Origin: a virus
IMG/VR virus record: IMGVR_UViG_3300033186_000010
Span: 1 to 64,000 of that record
DNA length: 64,000 bases
Strand: one strand, 5' to 3'
Shown: piece by piece, positions 46,318 through 55,999 of the stretch
How positions within the stretch are numbered: the first letter of the stretch is position 1
Layout: each line of letters starts with the position of its first letter
Notes under the pieces: generated by a model
The model's input: only the letters and a program-made list of their open reading frames with translations
Database searches by the model: none
Told to the model about the DNA's origin: nothing
Translations under genes and position numbers: made by a program

Positions 46318-46953
46318 ATGGATGCAAAAAACATTAAAGTAGCATGCTGTGGACCATCAGGTTCAGGTAAAACAACCCTATGTCAAGGATTACAAAAAGA
46401 ACTAGGGTTAAGATTTATTCCCTCATCAGTAGGATTAATCTTTGGAGAAAGCCAAAAGAAAAAGCTTGCTGAGTTTGGGTATGAGAATAAGGGCCATCAG
46501 AATGTAATCAACATGTCTAATGCTAACCCTGAATTCGGAAAGTTATTCCAGGAATATGCTTTAGAGGCTAGGAATAGTTTAATCAGTAATGGGGCTGACC
46601 AATTAATAGTAGATAGAAGCCCGGTAGATAATGTAACCTACGCTTCTCTTCAATGCCTACACAATTGGACAGAAGAAGAATTCGAGAAGTTCTATGGATT
46701 TGCGTTGGATTCACTATGCCACTTAACCCACATCATCTACGTTAAGTCGGTATGCCCAGATATTGAGGTAAACTTCTCAAGGGTAGCTAACAAACATTAC
46801 CAACATATGGTGGATCAGGTATTTGAATACTACCTAGCTAAGATGAGCAGGGAAGCTGGTATTCATGGTCCTAAGATATTGGTAATTGATACTTGGCCAG
46901 AGAATCCAATGGACAGGGTTATTCAGGCTAAAGAGTTTATCCTAGAGGACTAA
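46318..46953 (+). CDS. P-loop (deoxy)nucleotide kinase-like protein
   Basis: Start trimmed to the ATG at 46318 (MDAKNIK). Walker A CCGPSGSGKTT and a DRSPVD motif as in dNMP/dNK-type kinases. Confidence 0.55.
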   Translation: MDAKNIKVACCGPSGSGKTTLCQGLQKELGLRFIPSSVGLIFGESQKKKLAEFGYENKGHQNVINMSNANPEFGKLFQEYALEARNSLISNGADQLIVDRSPVDNVTYASLQCLHNWTEEEFEKFYGFALDSLCHLTHIIYVKSVCPDIEVNFSRVANKHYQHMVDQVFEYYLAKMSREAGIHGPKILVIDTWPENPMDRVIQAKEFILED

Positions 46954-46996
46954 ATACTATTTCCTCGAAGTACTATTATATATTAAACGGAATATA

Positions 46997-47461
46997 ATGG
47001 GAAAGAAGAAACTACTGGACCTTGCAAAGGAATCCAAACTAAATAATATTAGGATTAAACTCGGAAAAGAGACAATTCGGTTCAATCTCTTTGAAGAGTT
47101 AATAGTTAATGAGAATAAGTTAACCGACGAATCGTTAGAGCAACCCTTGGTATATGGCTACTTAGGGATGGTTCACCAGAAACTTACTCGGCTCTGTGCC
47201 GATGCTCAACAAGAAGTTGACAAACTGAAATCATTAGCATTAGTCAGGGCAAAGGGGGTGGCGGATCCCCTTTCCCTCAGGGCTAAATCCAAAGAACTGG
47301 CCGAAGCAGAAGCCGAAATCGATGAAGAATATCAGGATGCTTTAACAACCCTGCATACTCTTAAACATCAAAAGGGTATTTTATATACCTGTTTAAAAAG
47401 CTTCGAACAGAGAAAGGATTTAATTCAAACGGTATCCGCCAATGTTAGAAAGGAAATTTAA
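46997..47461 (+). CDS. hypothetical protein; possible UvsY-like recombination mediator (position only)
   Basis: 154-aa helical protein directly upstream of the SSB and RecA-like genes. Confidence 0.3.
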   Translation: MGKKKLLDLAKESKLNNIRIKLGKETIRFNLFEELIVNENKLTDESLEQPLVYGYLGMVHQKLTRLCADAQQEVDKLKSLALVRAKGVADPLSLRAKSKELAEAEAEIDEEYQDALTTLHTLKHQKGILYTCLKSFEQRKDLIQTVSANVRKEI

Positions 47462-47479
47462 TTACTAATATTTTAAACC

Positions 47480-48280
47480 ATGGCTAAAGACACAGTTAGA
47501 GAAAAACTGAAGAAGAGAAAAAAGCAATTGGAATCTAAAGGGGGTTCCGGAAATATTACCTACATCAAAGAAGGTACTATTCGTGTTAGAATCCTACCTG
47601 TACAGGGGGAAGAGGAATTTGCTTTCAAGGTAACTCAATTCTACCTTGGTGCTGAGCTTAAAGGAGTATTCTCTCAATCCTCAATTGATAACGGAGAATG
47701 CCCAATTCTTGATAAGTATCACGAGTTAATGGAGTCGGAGGACGAGGACGATAAGGACTTGGCAAAAACCCTTAAACCTAAGTCGAAGTACCTAATGCCT
47801 TGTATTGTTTACAAGGATCAGAAAGGTAAAGAGATTGACGAGGAAAAAGGGATTACTCTGGTACAAATTACTCCATCACTTTACAATGATCTTATCGATC
47901 ACTGGTTGGATGATGATGATTGGGGGGATATGACTGATCCTAAAAAAGGTTACGATGTTAAACTTACTCGTAAGGGATCAGGTCAATTCGATACGGAGTA
48001 CACAATGTCTCCATGTCCTAAGACACCTTTGAAAAAGAAAAAGTATGCTAAGGAAATTAACCTTACAGAACTTATTTCAAAGATCATCCCATCTTATGAA
48101 GATGCCCAGGATAAGTTAAACCAGTTCCTTCACTTGGATGGAGAAGAGGATGAGGCTCCAAAAAAGAAAAAGAAAAAAGGTAAGGATAAGGACAAGAAAA
48201 AACCGGTTAAGAAAACCAAGAAACCGGTTAAGAAAAAAGGTAAGAAAAAGAAAAAAGACGACGACGATATACCATTTTAA
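47480..48280 (+). CDS. gp32-like single-stranded DNA-binding protein with bacterial SSB-type C-terminal tip
   Basis: IRVRILPVQG, ECPILDKY, KPKSKYLMPCIVYKD and GYDVKLTRKGSGQFDTEY parallel T4 gp32 blocks. The C-terminus is a Lys-rich linker ending DDDDIPF. Confidence 0.7.
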   Translation: MAKDTVREKLKKRKKQLESKGGSGNITYIKEGTIRVRILPVQGEEEFAFKVTQFYLGAELKGVFSQSSIDNGECPILDKYHELMESEDEDDKDLAKTLKPKSKYLMPCIVYKDQKGKEIDEEKGITLVQITPSLYNDLIDHWLDDDDWGDMTDPKKGYDVKLTRKGSGQFDTEYTMSPCPKTPLKKKKYAKEINLTELISKIIPSYEDAQDKLNQFLHLDGEEDEAPKKKKKKGKDKDKKKPVKKTKKPVKKKGKKKKKDDDDIPF

Positions 48281-48290
48281 ATCCTGAACC

Positions 48291-49439
48291 ATGGCTAAGA
48301 AGGAAAATAAAAAGAATAAGGTACTTAGTGCTAAAGAGCTGCACAAAAAGTATCCTGGATTCGGAATTGCAAGTGAGATATCATTGCTACCCGAAAACAT
48401 GCCATGGTTACCCTCAAGGAATATGGCCCTCAACTATACATTAGGTGGGGGCATTCCTTTTGGTAAAATCTTGGAACTGTTCGGGGAAGAATCCTCAGGA
48501 AAATCTTTAATGGCTATCGACTTTGCATATTGCTGCCAGAAACTGGGAGGGGTAGTAATCTGGGAAGATGCTGAACAGGCATTTGATAGATATTGGATGG
48601 AGAAAAATGGCTTAAACATGGATCAACTGGTAGTTTGGAATCAGACTGCAGTGGAACCTATCTCCGATTGGGTTGCCGACATGGCCCTTTACTGGAGAGC
48701 CAAACTTACTAATAACGAACCTATCTTATTTGTACTGGATTCAGTTGCTGCCTTAGATTGCCTGGCTAACATTGACTCAGAACAAACGGATGCTAAAGCT
48801 GAAATGGGAAACAGGGCTAAGGCAATTTATAAATTCCTTAGAATCCGAAACCAATTGCTGGCTGAGTTAGGTATCACATGTATTTTTATTAACCAACTTC
48901 GTAAGAAGGTAGGAGCTACCCAATGGGAGGATCCAGATGCAACCCCAGGTGGGGCTGCTATGAAATTCTATGCTTCACAAAGGGTAGGAGTTTACGGGGG
49001 TAAACAGATTAAGAAAAAGATGCATGGGTTCGAGGAAAGGGTTGGTAGAAACGTTTCTGTAAGGATTAAGAAAAATAAAGTTGCTCCCCCAAAACCCACA
49101 TTTAAAACTGAGGTATACTTCCATGAGGATTACAAAATCGGATTCGATAAGTATCTAGGCTTGGAAGAGATACTATTCAAGGAGGGGGTAATTACCAAAA
49201 AGAGTTCAACAGCGAGAAATTTCTTCTTTAAGGGGAAAGTAATTGCAGGGAGTAAAGATGAACTACTAGAAGTAATTGCATCCAACGGGGATTTGAGAAA
49301 GAAGATGCTTCGTAAAGCAGGCATAAACACTATCTCAAAAACCAAAAGAGTTTTGGAGAAACTTGAAAAGAACCTATTCCCAGTTACAGATAAGTTAGTT
49401 AAACTATCTAAGAAAGGAAAACAGGATGAAGAAGAATAA
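48291..49439 (+). CDS. RecA/UvsX-like recombinase
   Basis: Walker A GEESSGKS, Walker B ILFVLDSVAAL, FINQLRKK as in RecA INQIR. Confidence 0.85.
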   Translation: MAKKENKKNKVLSAKELHKKYPGFGIASEISLLPENMPWLPSRNMALNYTLGGGIPFGKILELFGEESSGKSLMAIDFAYCCQKLGGVVIWEDAEQAFDRYWMEKNGLNMDQLVVWNQTAVEPISDWVADMALYWRAKLTNNEPILFVLDSVAALDCLANIDSEQTDAKAEMGNRAKAIYKFLRIRNQLLAELGITCIFINQLRKKVGATQWEDPDATPGGAAMKFYASQRVGVYGGKQIKKKMHGFEERVGRNVSVRIKKNKVAPPKPTFKTEVYFHEDYKIGFDKYLGLEEILFKEGVITKKSSTARNFFFKGKVIAGSKDELLEVIASNGDLRKKMLRKAGINTISKTKRVLEKLEKNLFPVTDKLVKLSKKGKQDEEE

Positions 49440-50337
49440 AGTATTATTGCTGATGGATGGAAACCATCTTCTTCATAGATCCTATCACAAGTTTCGGGGA
49501 TTTAAATCTATGGATGGCAGGGGAAGTGCCTGCCTCTATGGGTTCCCACTTGTATTGCAATCTATGTTAAAGCAATTCGAACCCACTAAAGTTATTACAG
49601 TATTCGATGGCCATAGTCATAAAATCCGGAAAGAACTATTACCTGGCTATAGAGATAGAACTCAGAATATTCGAGTGGATTTTGACTATGAGGATTTCAT
49701 GGCCCAAAAGAAAGGGGTAATGGAACTTATGGCTGCACTGGGTATTTCAGTTGCAATGGATCCACATGGAGAAGCAGATGATATTATCTACGCTATTTCT
49801 ATGAAGTACCTAAAGCTAGGGTACAAGATAGTAATAGTATCTGGGGATAAGGATTTTAACCAAATGCTTATTCATCCCGAGATCACTATCTATCATGCAG
49901 GTAAACAGGCCAAGATTACACATAAAACCATAATGAGGCATTATGGGTATCGGGCTGAACAAACAGTTGATTTCTTAACCCTACTCGGGGATAAATCAGA
50001 TAAAATACCTGGCTTACCCGGCTGTGGGGAAAAGACAGCAATAGAATTCTTAGAACAATGGGATAGTATAGAGAGGTATATACACCCCAAAGCTAAGGAA
50101 AAATTCCCAAGGGTAGATCGAGAAAAACTTAAGGATATCTACCAACTACATAACCAGCTAATCAATCTGGATTACATGTACCAAAGGGAATATCGGGGAA
50201 AGAAAACCCCATATAAGTATAAGAATCCTGAATTTGATTGGCCTAAGGTATTGGACATTGCTGCCAAATACAACATAAGGCTTTTCACTAAAACTAAAGA
50301 TTTCAAAAAACTATTCAAGGACTTACATGATGGCTAA
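49426..50337 (+). CDS. 5'-3' exonuclease / flap endonuclease (FEN, PIN + H3TH)
   Basis: LLLMDGNHLLHRSYH, GEADDII, VSGDKDFNQM and GDKSDKIPGLPGCGEKTA (H3TH). Confidence 0.85.
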   Translation: MKKNKVLLLMDGNHLLHRSYHKFRGFKSMDGRGSACLYGFPLVLQSMLKQFEPTKVITVFDGHSHKIRKELLPGYRDRTQNIRVDFDYEDFMAQKKGVMELMAALGISVAMDPHGEADDIIYAISMKYLKLGYKIVIVSGDKDFNQMLIHPEITIYHAGKQAKITHKTIMRHYGYRAEQTVDFLTLLGDKSDKIPGLPGCGEKTAIEFLEQWDSIERYIHPKAKEKFPRVDREKLKDIYQLHNQLINLDYMYQREYRGKKTPYKYKNPEFDWPKVLDIAAKYNIRLFTKTKDFKKLFKDLHDG

Positions 50338-51325
50338 AAGAAAACGAATAGCAATACTAACCGGGGATATCCACTTAAATGATTGGAACCAGTTTAACAT
50401 GGATTTTAGAAGAACCGACATGACCATCCAGTATCTAGATAACCTTCTATCACTTTCCGCCAGATATGGGGTACCTATCTTAAATACTGGAGATTTTTGG
50501 CATACACCTGAACACTTAACTACCAAGTTAATGCACCATGTTATGCCACAACTAAAATCCCTAGATTCCGACATAGCAAATATCCTGGAATCAATCTGGG
50601 GTATCTCCGGTAATCATGAAATGCCACAAATCAATTCTATTAATAACCAAAGATCACCATCACTATGGGAAGTTAGCTCAGTACTATTCCCAAACTTATT
50701 CCACAACTTAGACTTTACTTCTAAGGAATTCAAAGCCCACAACATGGTTGTATATGGATTACCATACATCGATCATAACGTGGGCTTCGTTGATTATGTC
50801 AAAGGCCTTAAACTGGATAAGAGTAAATTCAATGTACTTCTAGTACATACCGATTTACATGGTGCAAAAGATCCTTCTGGTAGAATTGTAAATACTACTG
50901 AGAACATATACCGACAAATGAGGATGGTATTTAAGAAGTTCGATGTAGTTGCAGCTGGGCATATACATAAACCCCAAAAGCTGGGTAAGAATATCTACAT
51001 GATAGGATCACCAGATCAACAGAGAAGAAGTGATGCTGGATGCCAGATGGGGTATTGGGTATTATATGATGATGCTACTATGAGATTCCAACCTTGGGAG
51101 GCTCCCCAATTTAAATTCTATAGGGAGGGTGAGGAACCAGAAGATGATTACAATTACTGGACAATGGTTCCCAAGCCACGAGCTATAGAAAATAAAAAGG
51201 GAGTACAGATCAAGGATACTCAGGATAGGATATCGGTAGGTAAATCTTACTGCAAAGCTAAGAAGGTAAAGAGTAAGGCTAAGAAAGAAGCTTTAGCTTC
51301 ACTACTTAAAGAAACGGAGGATTGA
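50327..51325 (+). CDS. Mre11/SbcD-like nuclease
   Basis: Phosphoesterase motifs GDIHLND, GDFWH, GNHE, LLVHTDLHG and AGHIH. Confidence 0.8.
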   Translation: MMAKRKRIAILTGDIHLNDWNQFNMDFRRTDMTIQYLDNLLSLSARYGVPILNTGDFWHTPEHLTTKLMHHVMPQLKSLDSDIANILESIWGISGNHEMPQINSINNQRSPSLWEVSSVLFPNLFHNLDFTSKEFKAHNMVVYGLPYIDHNVGFVDYVKGLKLDKSKFNVLLVHTDLHGAKDPSGRIVNTTENIYRQMRMVFKKFDVVAAGHIHKPQKLGKNIYMIGSPDQQRRSDAGCQMGYWVLYDDATMRFQPWEAPQFKFYREGEEPEDDYNYWTMVPKPRAIENKKGVQIKDTQDRISVGKSYCKAKKVKSKAKKEALASLLKETED

Positions 51326-51327
51326 TA

Positions 51328-53199
51328 ATGTTAAATTTCAGGGAAATAGAAATAGAGGGGTTTGGGTCATTCCAAATCCCTTTCACGTTTAAATTAGACC
51401 ATCCGGGCCTAACGGTAATCAAGGCTCCAAATGGTACAGGAAAAACTACTATACTATCCGCACTGTCTTGGGTATGTACAGGTTACCCACTTAAAGAGGG
51501 TGCCACCATTGAGACTTGGGAACATCTGAGAACCAAGATATGGAGGGGAACCAAAGTACGGGTAGCATTTGAAAAGAACGGGACGGACTATGAAGTTATC
51601 CGATGTAAGGAGTTTACTGGAAAAGTTAACGGGGCCAAAGGTAAAAACAGGTTAATCCTGATGAAAAATGGACAGGAAATTTCTGAAGCAAAGTCTAAAG
51701 GTGCTGCTAAAGAACTACTTACGGAGATATTAGGGTTCAGCTATAACCTATTTAAAAGTGCACTGGCAATGGGTCAGAAAGTTAAAGGTTTAGTTGAGGA
51801 GGACAACTCTTCCCGAGTGAAAATATTTGAGGAAGCATTTAACGTGGCGTATATAAATAAGGCACGGGACATAGGTAAACAGAAAGTTAAACATGAGCGA
51901 GACAAAGTACAGAAGCTGGGGTCAGAACTCTCTCAGCTTGAATCAAAGATCGAAGGAAAGGAAGAACTCTTGGAAGAACTTACCCAGCAACGAGATAACT
52001 TCACAAAAGACAAAAAGGCCAAGGTACTCAAGTATAAGTCAAAGCTTAAAAAGGTTCGATCTAAGTTGTCAAAAATCACGGGAACAACGGATAAGGAAAA
52101 TGATTCAGGGAAAATAATTATCCTAAAAGCCCACATCAAAAGCATTAAAAAAGGTAAAGAGGAGGCTCACAAGCTGGAGATTAAAATCACTAAGAAAAAG
52201 AGCTCATATAAATACCTAGAAAAGAATTGCCACAACCTTGAATGCGATTTAATCGAGGCTAACACTAAACTGGCAGATATGCCTACAACCTGTTTCGAAT
52301 GCGGGAAGGAATATACTAAACAGGAATTAAAACTCAGAAACAAGGTAGTCAAGGCTAACCAAAAAGCTGCTGAGAATGCCCACAAAGCTGCTAAGGAGGA
52401 ATTGGATACTCTAAAAACTGAGATTGATACTCTATCTCAACAACTTACTAGTAAAAAGGAGAATTACACTGAGCTAAATTCATTGGAGACTAAACTCAAA
52501 AAACTAGAAAAGAAACGGGATAAAGCTAATTCCAAGAAAAAGCTTAAGGAAGAGTATCAGGCACAGGAACAGGAGATACTTGAGGAATTATCTGAGGTAA
52601 AGAAAAGTAAATTTACTGGTGACCCTGAGAAGGTGGAGAAACAACTTGAGAAGTTAATCAGTGAAAAGAAACCTATTAAGAAATTATATAGGAGAGCCAG
52701 TAGGAAATTGGAGGCATTGCAATGGTGCATCGATGACCCATTATCTAATTCTGGTATCAAGGCTTTTATCTTTGATCAGATGATGGAGGATTTTAATGAG
52801 TTACTACTGGAGTATGCAGATATCCTAGGATTCCAGGTAAGATTCGAAGTTAATATGGAGTCAGCAAGAAAATCTATTGAGGCCTACATCTTAAGAGGTG
52901 GGTCAGAAATACCTCAAAAGGATTTATCAGGGGGACAAGGTCAACTGGTAAATATTGCTGCTGCATTTGCATTACATGATGTAGTTAACAAAGTATTAAA
53001 TACTAATATACTTTTTATTGACGAAGCATTTGAATCGCTAGACTCCAATAATATCGAGCTGGTTTCTGAGATAATCCAAAAGAAAGCAGATACAAAATCT
53101 GTTACTCTAATTACACACCAAAAAGCATTTGCCCCTACCAATGCCCGTATGATGGCTTTGAGATTACATCAAGGTGTTACTCAATACGATAGACCCTAA
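51328..53199 (+). CDS. Rad50/SbcC-like ATPase
   Basis: Walker A APNGTGKTT, a long coiled coil with a central CFECG zinc-hook-like motif, signature LSGGQGQL, Walker B LFIDEAFESLD. The start is the ATG at 51328 or TTG at 51322. Confidence 0.85.
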   Translation: MLNFREIEIEGFGSFQIPFTFKLDHPGLTVIKAPNGTGKTTILSALSWVCTGYPLKEGATIETWEHLRTKIWRGTKVRVAFEKNGTDYEVIRCKEFTGKVNGAKGKNRLILMKNGQEISEAKSKGAAKELLTEILGFSYNLFKSALAMGQKVKGLVEEDNSSRVKIFEEAFNVAYINKARDIGKQKVKHERDKVQKLGSELSQLESKIEGKEELLEELTQQRDNFTKDKKAKVLKYKSKLKKVRSKLSKITGTTDKENDSGKIIILKAHIKSIKKGKEEAHKLEIKITKKKSSYKYLEKNCHNLECDLIEANTKLADMPTTCFECGKEYTKQELKLRNKVVKANQKAAENAHKAAKEELDTLKTEIDTLSQQLTSKKENYTELNSLETKLKKLEKKRDKANSKKKLKEEYQAQEQEILEELSEVKKSKFTGDPEKVEKQLEKLISEKKPIKKLYRRASRKLEALQWCIDDPLSNSGIKAFIFDQMMEDFNELLLEYADILGFQVRFEVNMESARKSIEAYILRGGSEIPQKDLSGGQGQLVNIAAAFALHDVVNKVLNTNILFIDEAFESLDSNNIELVSEIIQKKADTKSVTLITHQKAFAPTNARMMALRLHQGVTQYDRP

Positions 53200-53242
53200 C
53201 TACAATACTGTAGCGCTAGCGGACTATTAAAAATAAAACACT

Positions 53243-53791
53243 ATGGCGGTAAACTCAAAAAACAAGGGAAACAAAAATGAACTGGCACTATCCAAACTAT
53301 TTATAGCCTGGACAGGAAAGGAGTTCTCCAGAGTACCACAGTCTGGGGGGCTCCACTGGCAGTCGAAGAATTCATCAGGGGATATAATCTGCACTGATGA
53401 TAAACACTCGAGATACTTCACATTATCTATCGAGGCTAAACACCATAAGGACATCTCATTCGAGGGACTAATAGATGGGTCGGTTGGGTCAAAGAAAACT
53501 AAGATAAAGGAATTCTGGGCTCAGTCATTATCCGATGCTACTGATCACAAACTAATCCCCATAGTATTCATGAGGTATGATAGAATGCCAAAGAATATGC
53601 ACTTCGTAGTGATAGACTCTACTTTCTACCAAGAAATAGCTCCTATCTGTCCCAACTCCTACGGTATCCTAAGATTCTTAGACGGAGAAGATACTTCCCT
53701 AGTACTAATGAATTCTATGGATTTCTTCTCAATGGACTACAAGAAATTCCACAAAATTGCTAAAGCTTACAAAAAACATATCTACCGATGA
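53243..53791 (+). CDS. PD-(D/E)XK nuclease; Holliday junction resolvase-like
   Basis: KGNKNELALSKLF...GDIICTDD...LSIEAKHHK fits the D...E.K nuclease core. Position follows the recombination genes. Confidence 0.5.
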   Translation: MAVNSKNKGNKNELALSKLFIAWTGKEFSRVPQSGGLHWQSKNSSGDIICTDDKHSRYFTLSIEAKHHKDISFEGLIDGSVGSKKTKIKEFWAQSLSDATDHKLIPIVFMRYDRMPKNMHFVVIDSTFYQEIAPICPNSYGILRFLDGEDTSLVLMNSMDFFSMDYKKFHKIAKAYKKHIYR

Positions 53792-54516
53792 GAATACGAA
53801 AAGAAGGTTTCATCTGGGTTATAGCTTATGTCAATAGGAAATTCCTGGATACTCTACAAGAGGACCTAAACTCTAATGGATTTGAGGAAGTAACTTCATA
53901 CGTTCCCATGATCCGAGTACTTAAGAAGTGCTTTAAAAACAAAAAAGAATACGAGGACATCCCAATGCTATTCAACTTTGGATTCTTACAGATACCTGAG
54001 CAAATGGTATATAATCCTGTAAAGCTTAGGGAAATGCAAAGGCTGATAAACGGGATTCATGGTTGGGTAAAAGATCCTGCCCGTATGCTATACGATGAAG
54101 ATGCGGATTCAACTATAGGTATCCACAATATTTCAGTAGTTACCCCAAGGGAAATACGACAGATGAGAAGATCCTGTAAGAATATGTCTATCTTCAATGA
54201 CTTAGAACTGGGGGACATTAATAAAGGTGATGAAATTTCATTGAAAGGTTATCCCTTTGACGGTCTAGTAGGTACTATAGTAAAGATAGATAAAGAGGAA
54301 CATAAAATTGAACTAGACTTAATAATAGGTACCAACCCCACAAAGGTTACGGTGGACTTCGAAAATGTATTCTATACTGTATACGAGGACTACGAGGATA
54401 AACCAATGCGGGAAGATAGCTTAGAAGAACTATCCGGATATGGACCACGAGTAATAGATAAATTATATGCTAACTTAATCTACGAACAGGAGGAACCAGA
54501 AAATGAATGGGATTGA
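53788..54516 (+). CDS. NusG/RfaH-like transcription elongation/antitermination factor
   Basis: NGN-like N-terminus FIWVIAYVNRKF... and KOW motif GDEISLKGYPFDGLVGTIVKID. Confidence 0.55.
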   Translation: MRIRKEGFIWVIAYVNRKFLDTLQEDLNSNGFEEVTSYVPMIRVLKKCFKNKKEYEDIPMLFNFGFLQIPEQMVYNPVKLREMQRLINGIHGWVKDPARMLYDEDADSTIGIHNISVVTPREIRQMRRSCKNMSIFNDLELGDINKGDEISLKGYPFDGLVGTIVKIDKEEHKIELDLIIGTNPTKVTVDFENVFYTVYEDYEDKPMREDSLEELSGYGPRVIDKLYANLIYEQEEPENEWD

Positions 54517-55486
54517 AGCTTGGAAAATACTCACCGAAGAGGAACAGAATGCCATTAACCTCTCAATCCAACACGGTAAATCAACATGGCAAGCAGGAGA
54601 AATCCTAAAGAAATCACATTACAAATACCTAGAAATCCTCGATAGGGCTAAAACCTTTCTGAGGATTTTTACATTACACTACAAAAAATATGGGGCCCTA
54701 ATCCCGCCTGGAGTTCCGATATCCCAAAACTTTAAACTCTACCTAGCATATCTAATGGAGGATAGGGTTCCAATGAAAATGGCTGTAAAAAGGTTGGATG
54801 ATAAAAGGTATATCATCAAAACCGCAAGGGATAGGAAAATCTATCAGGAGATGTTCAACATCATAAACACAAACAACGAAGCCTGCGAAGATCTATTCCA
54901 ATTAATCATGGAATTCGATAGATGGAATAACTTCAGGATCCTACCCGAAGATCTACAAGAACCTTCTGCATTTAAAAGGAGAGCTAAAGCTAGGTTCCAA
55001 AAATACCTAAAGAACCTAACCACACTTCCCTCTACCACTCTATTCCTAATCAAGGAAAAATATAAATACGGGGGTAACCATGAAAGACTTTGGGTAGCTC
55101 TGGTAAACCCAGAATATACTCCCACTATGTATAAACTTATCCCGGTAAAAAATACCCAGATGTCAAGGGATTACTTTGGCAAACTGGGATTACCAATGTA
55201 TAGAGAGGAGAAAAAGGCCATAGAATTCGGTCAACTCATTGCCCAATACTATTTAACAGAGGATAAGAAAACCCCAAGATTAGGTCAGAAATTCTGGCAA
55301 ACTTTCCGACTAATGCTCAAAGATGCTATTAACTATGAATCCATAGAACACATTAAAAAGACGAGAGCCCATATATTAAGGACTGTAGATTTTAATGACA
55401 AGGCTCTTCATAGTAAATCCAAATCTAAGAAACAAAAACTAGAGGGAGAAAAAAGAGTTGATGATGATTTCTTCCATGGTAAATAA
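54503..55486 (+). CDS. putative transcription regulator with sigma region 4 / LuxR-type HTH at the N-terminus
   Basis: LTEEEQNAINLSIQHGKSTWQAGEILKKSHYKYLEILDRAKTFL fits the sigma-4 HTH pattern. The remaining 270 aa are unrecognised. Confidence 0.4.
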   Translation: MNGIEAWKILTEEEQNAINLSIQHGKSTWQAGEILKKSHYKYLEILDRAKTFLRIFTLHYKKYGALIPPGVPISQNFKLYLAYLMEDRVPMKMAVKRLDDKRYIIKTARDRKIYQEMFNIINTNNEACEDLFQLIMEFDRWNNFRILPEDLQEPSAFKRRAKARFQKYLKNLTTLPSTTLFLIKEKYKYGGNHERLWVALVNPEYTPTMYKLIPVKNTQMSRDYFGKLGLPMYREEKKAIEFGQLIAQYYLTEDKKTPRLGQKFWQTFRLMLKDAINYESIEHIKKTRAHILRTVDFNDKALHSKSKSKKQKLEGEKRVDDDFFHGK

Positions 55487-55500
55487 AGTACCCTACTAGA

Positions 55501-55532
55501 TTTGCACAGGGATTTAAAAGTTATTATATTTG
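55501..55532 (+). promoter_or_regulatory. Bacteroidetes-type promoter (-33 TTTG / -7 TATATTTG)
   Basis: TTTG at 55501-55504 and TATATTTG at 55525-55532, 20 nt apart. The ATG at 55559 follows. Confidence 0.55.
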
Positions 55533-55558
55533 CATTATACAATTTAATAATTATAGAT

Positions 55559-55999
55559 ATGAATAATCAAACAATTAAATTAGTCTTATTAAAGACACAC
55601 AAATTCGAGGAAAGTAATAACATCAGTAAGGCTGAGACTTTCATCAGAACCCTACCGGAACTGGTTAAATTCCCAACTAACTTATGGGATAAATCAGATC
55701 TCAGTATTACCATCGAACTGAAAGGTAATACCACAGAGGAAATCCAAAAATACATTGCTGATATCCTATACCCATTCGGGCTGGAAAAGGTAATTAATTT
55801 ACCGGATGACCTAATCAGGGTAGAAACTGGTATTAAATTAATCCGAACGGAGGATACTAATGAGTTATATCTTGATTCAAAGGGCATCGTAGAACATCTT
55901 AAGAAGATCCATTCTATCACCCAATGCCAACATGTAGAGAAATTTATTAAGGATATTATTTCTATGGAGGAGGAAGAAAATGGCGAAGAAGAGAAATAG
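55559..55999 (+). CDS. hypothetical protein
   Basis: Start trimmed to the ATG at 55559 (MNNQTIKL), because the ORF-track TTG start lies inside the promoter. Confidence 0.5.
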   Translation: MNNQTIKLVLLKTHKFEESNNISKAETFIRTLPELVKFPTNLWDKSDLSITIELKGNTTEEIQKYIADILYPFGLEKVINLPDDLIRVETGIKLIRTEDTNELYLDSKGIVEHLKKIHSITQCQHVEKFIKDIISMEEEENGEEEK

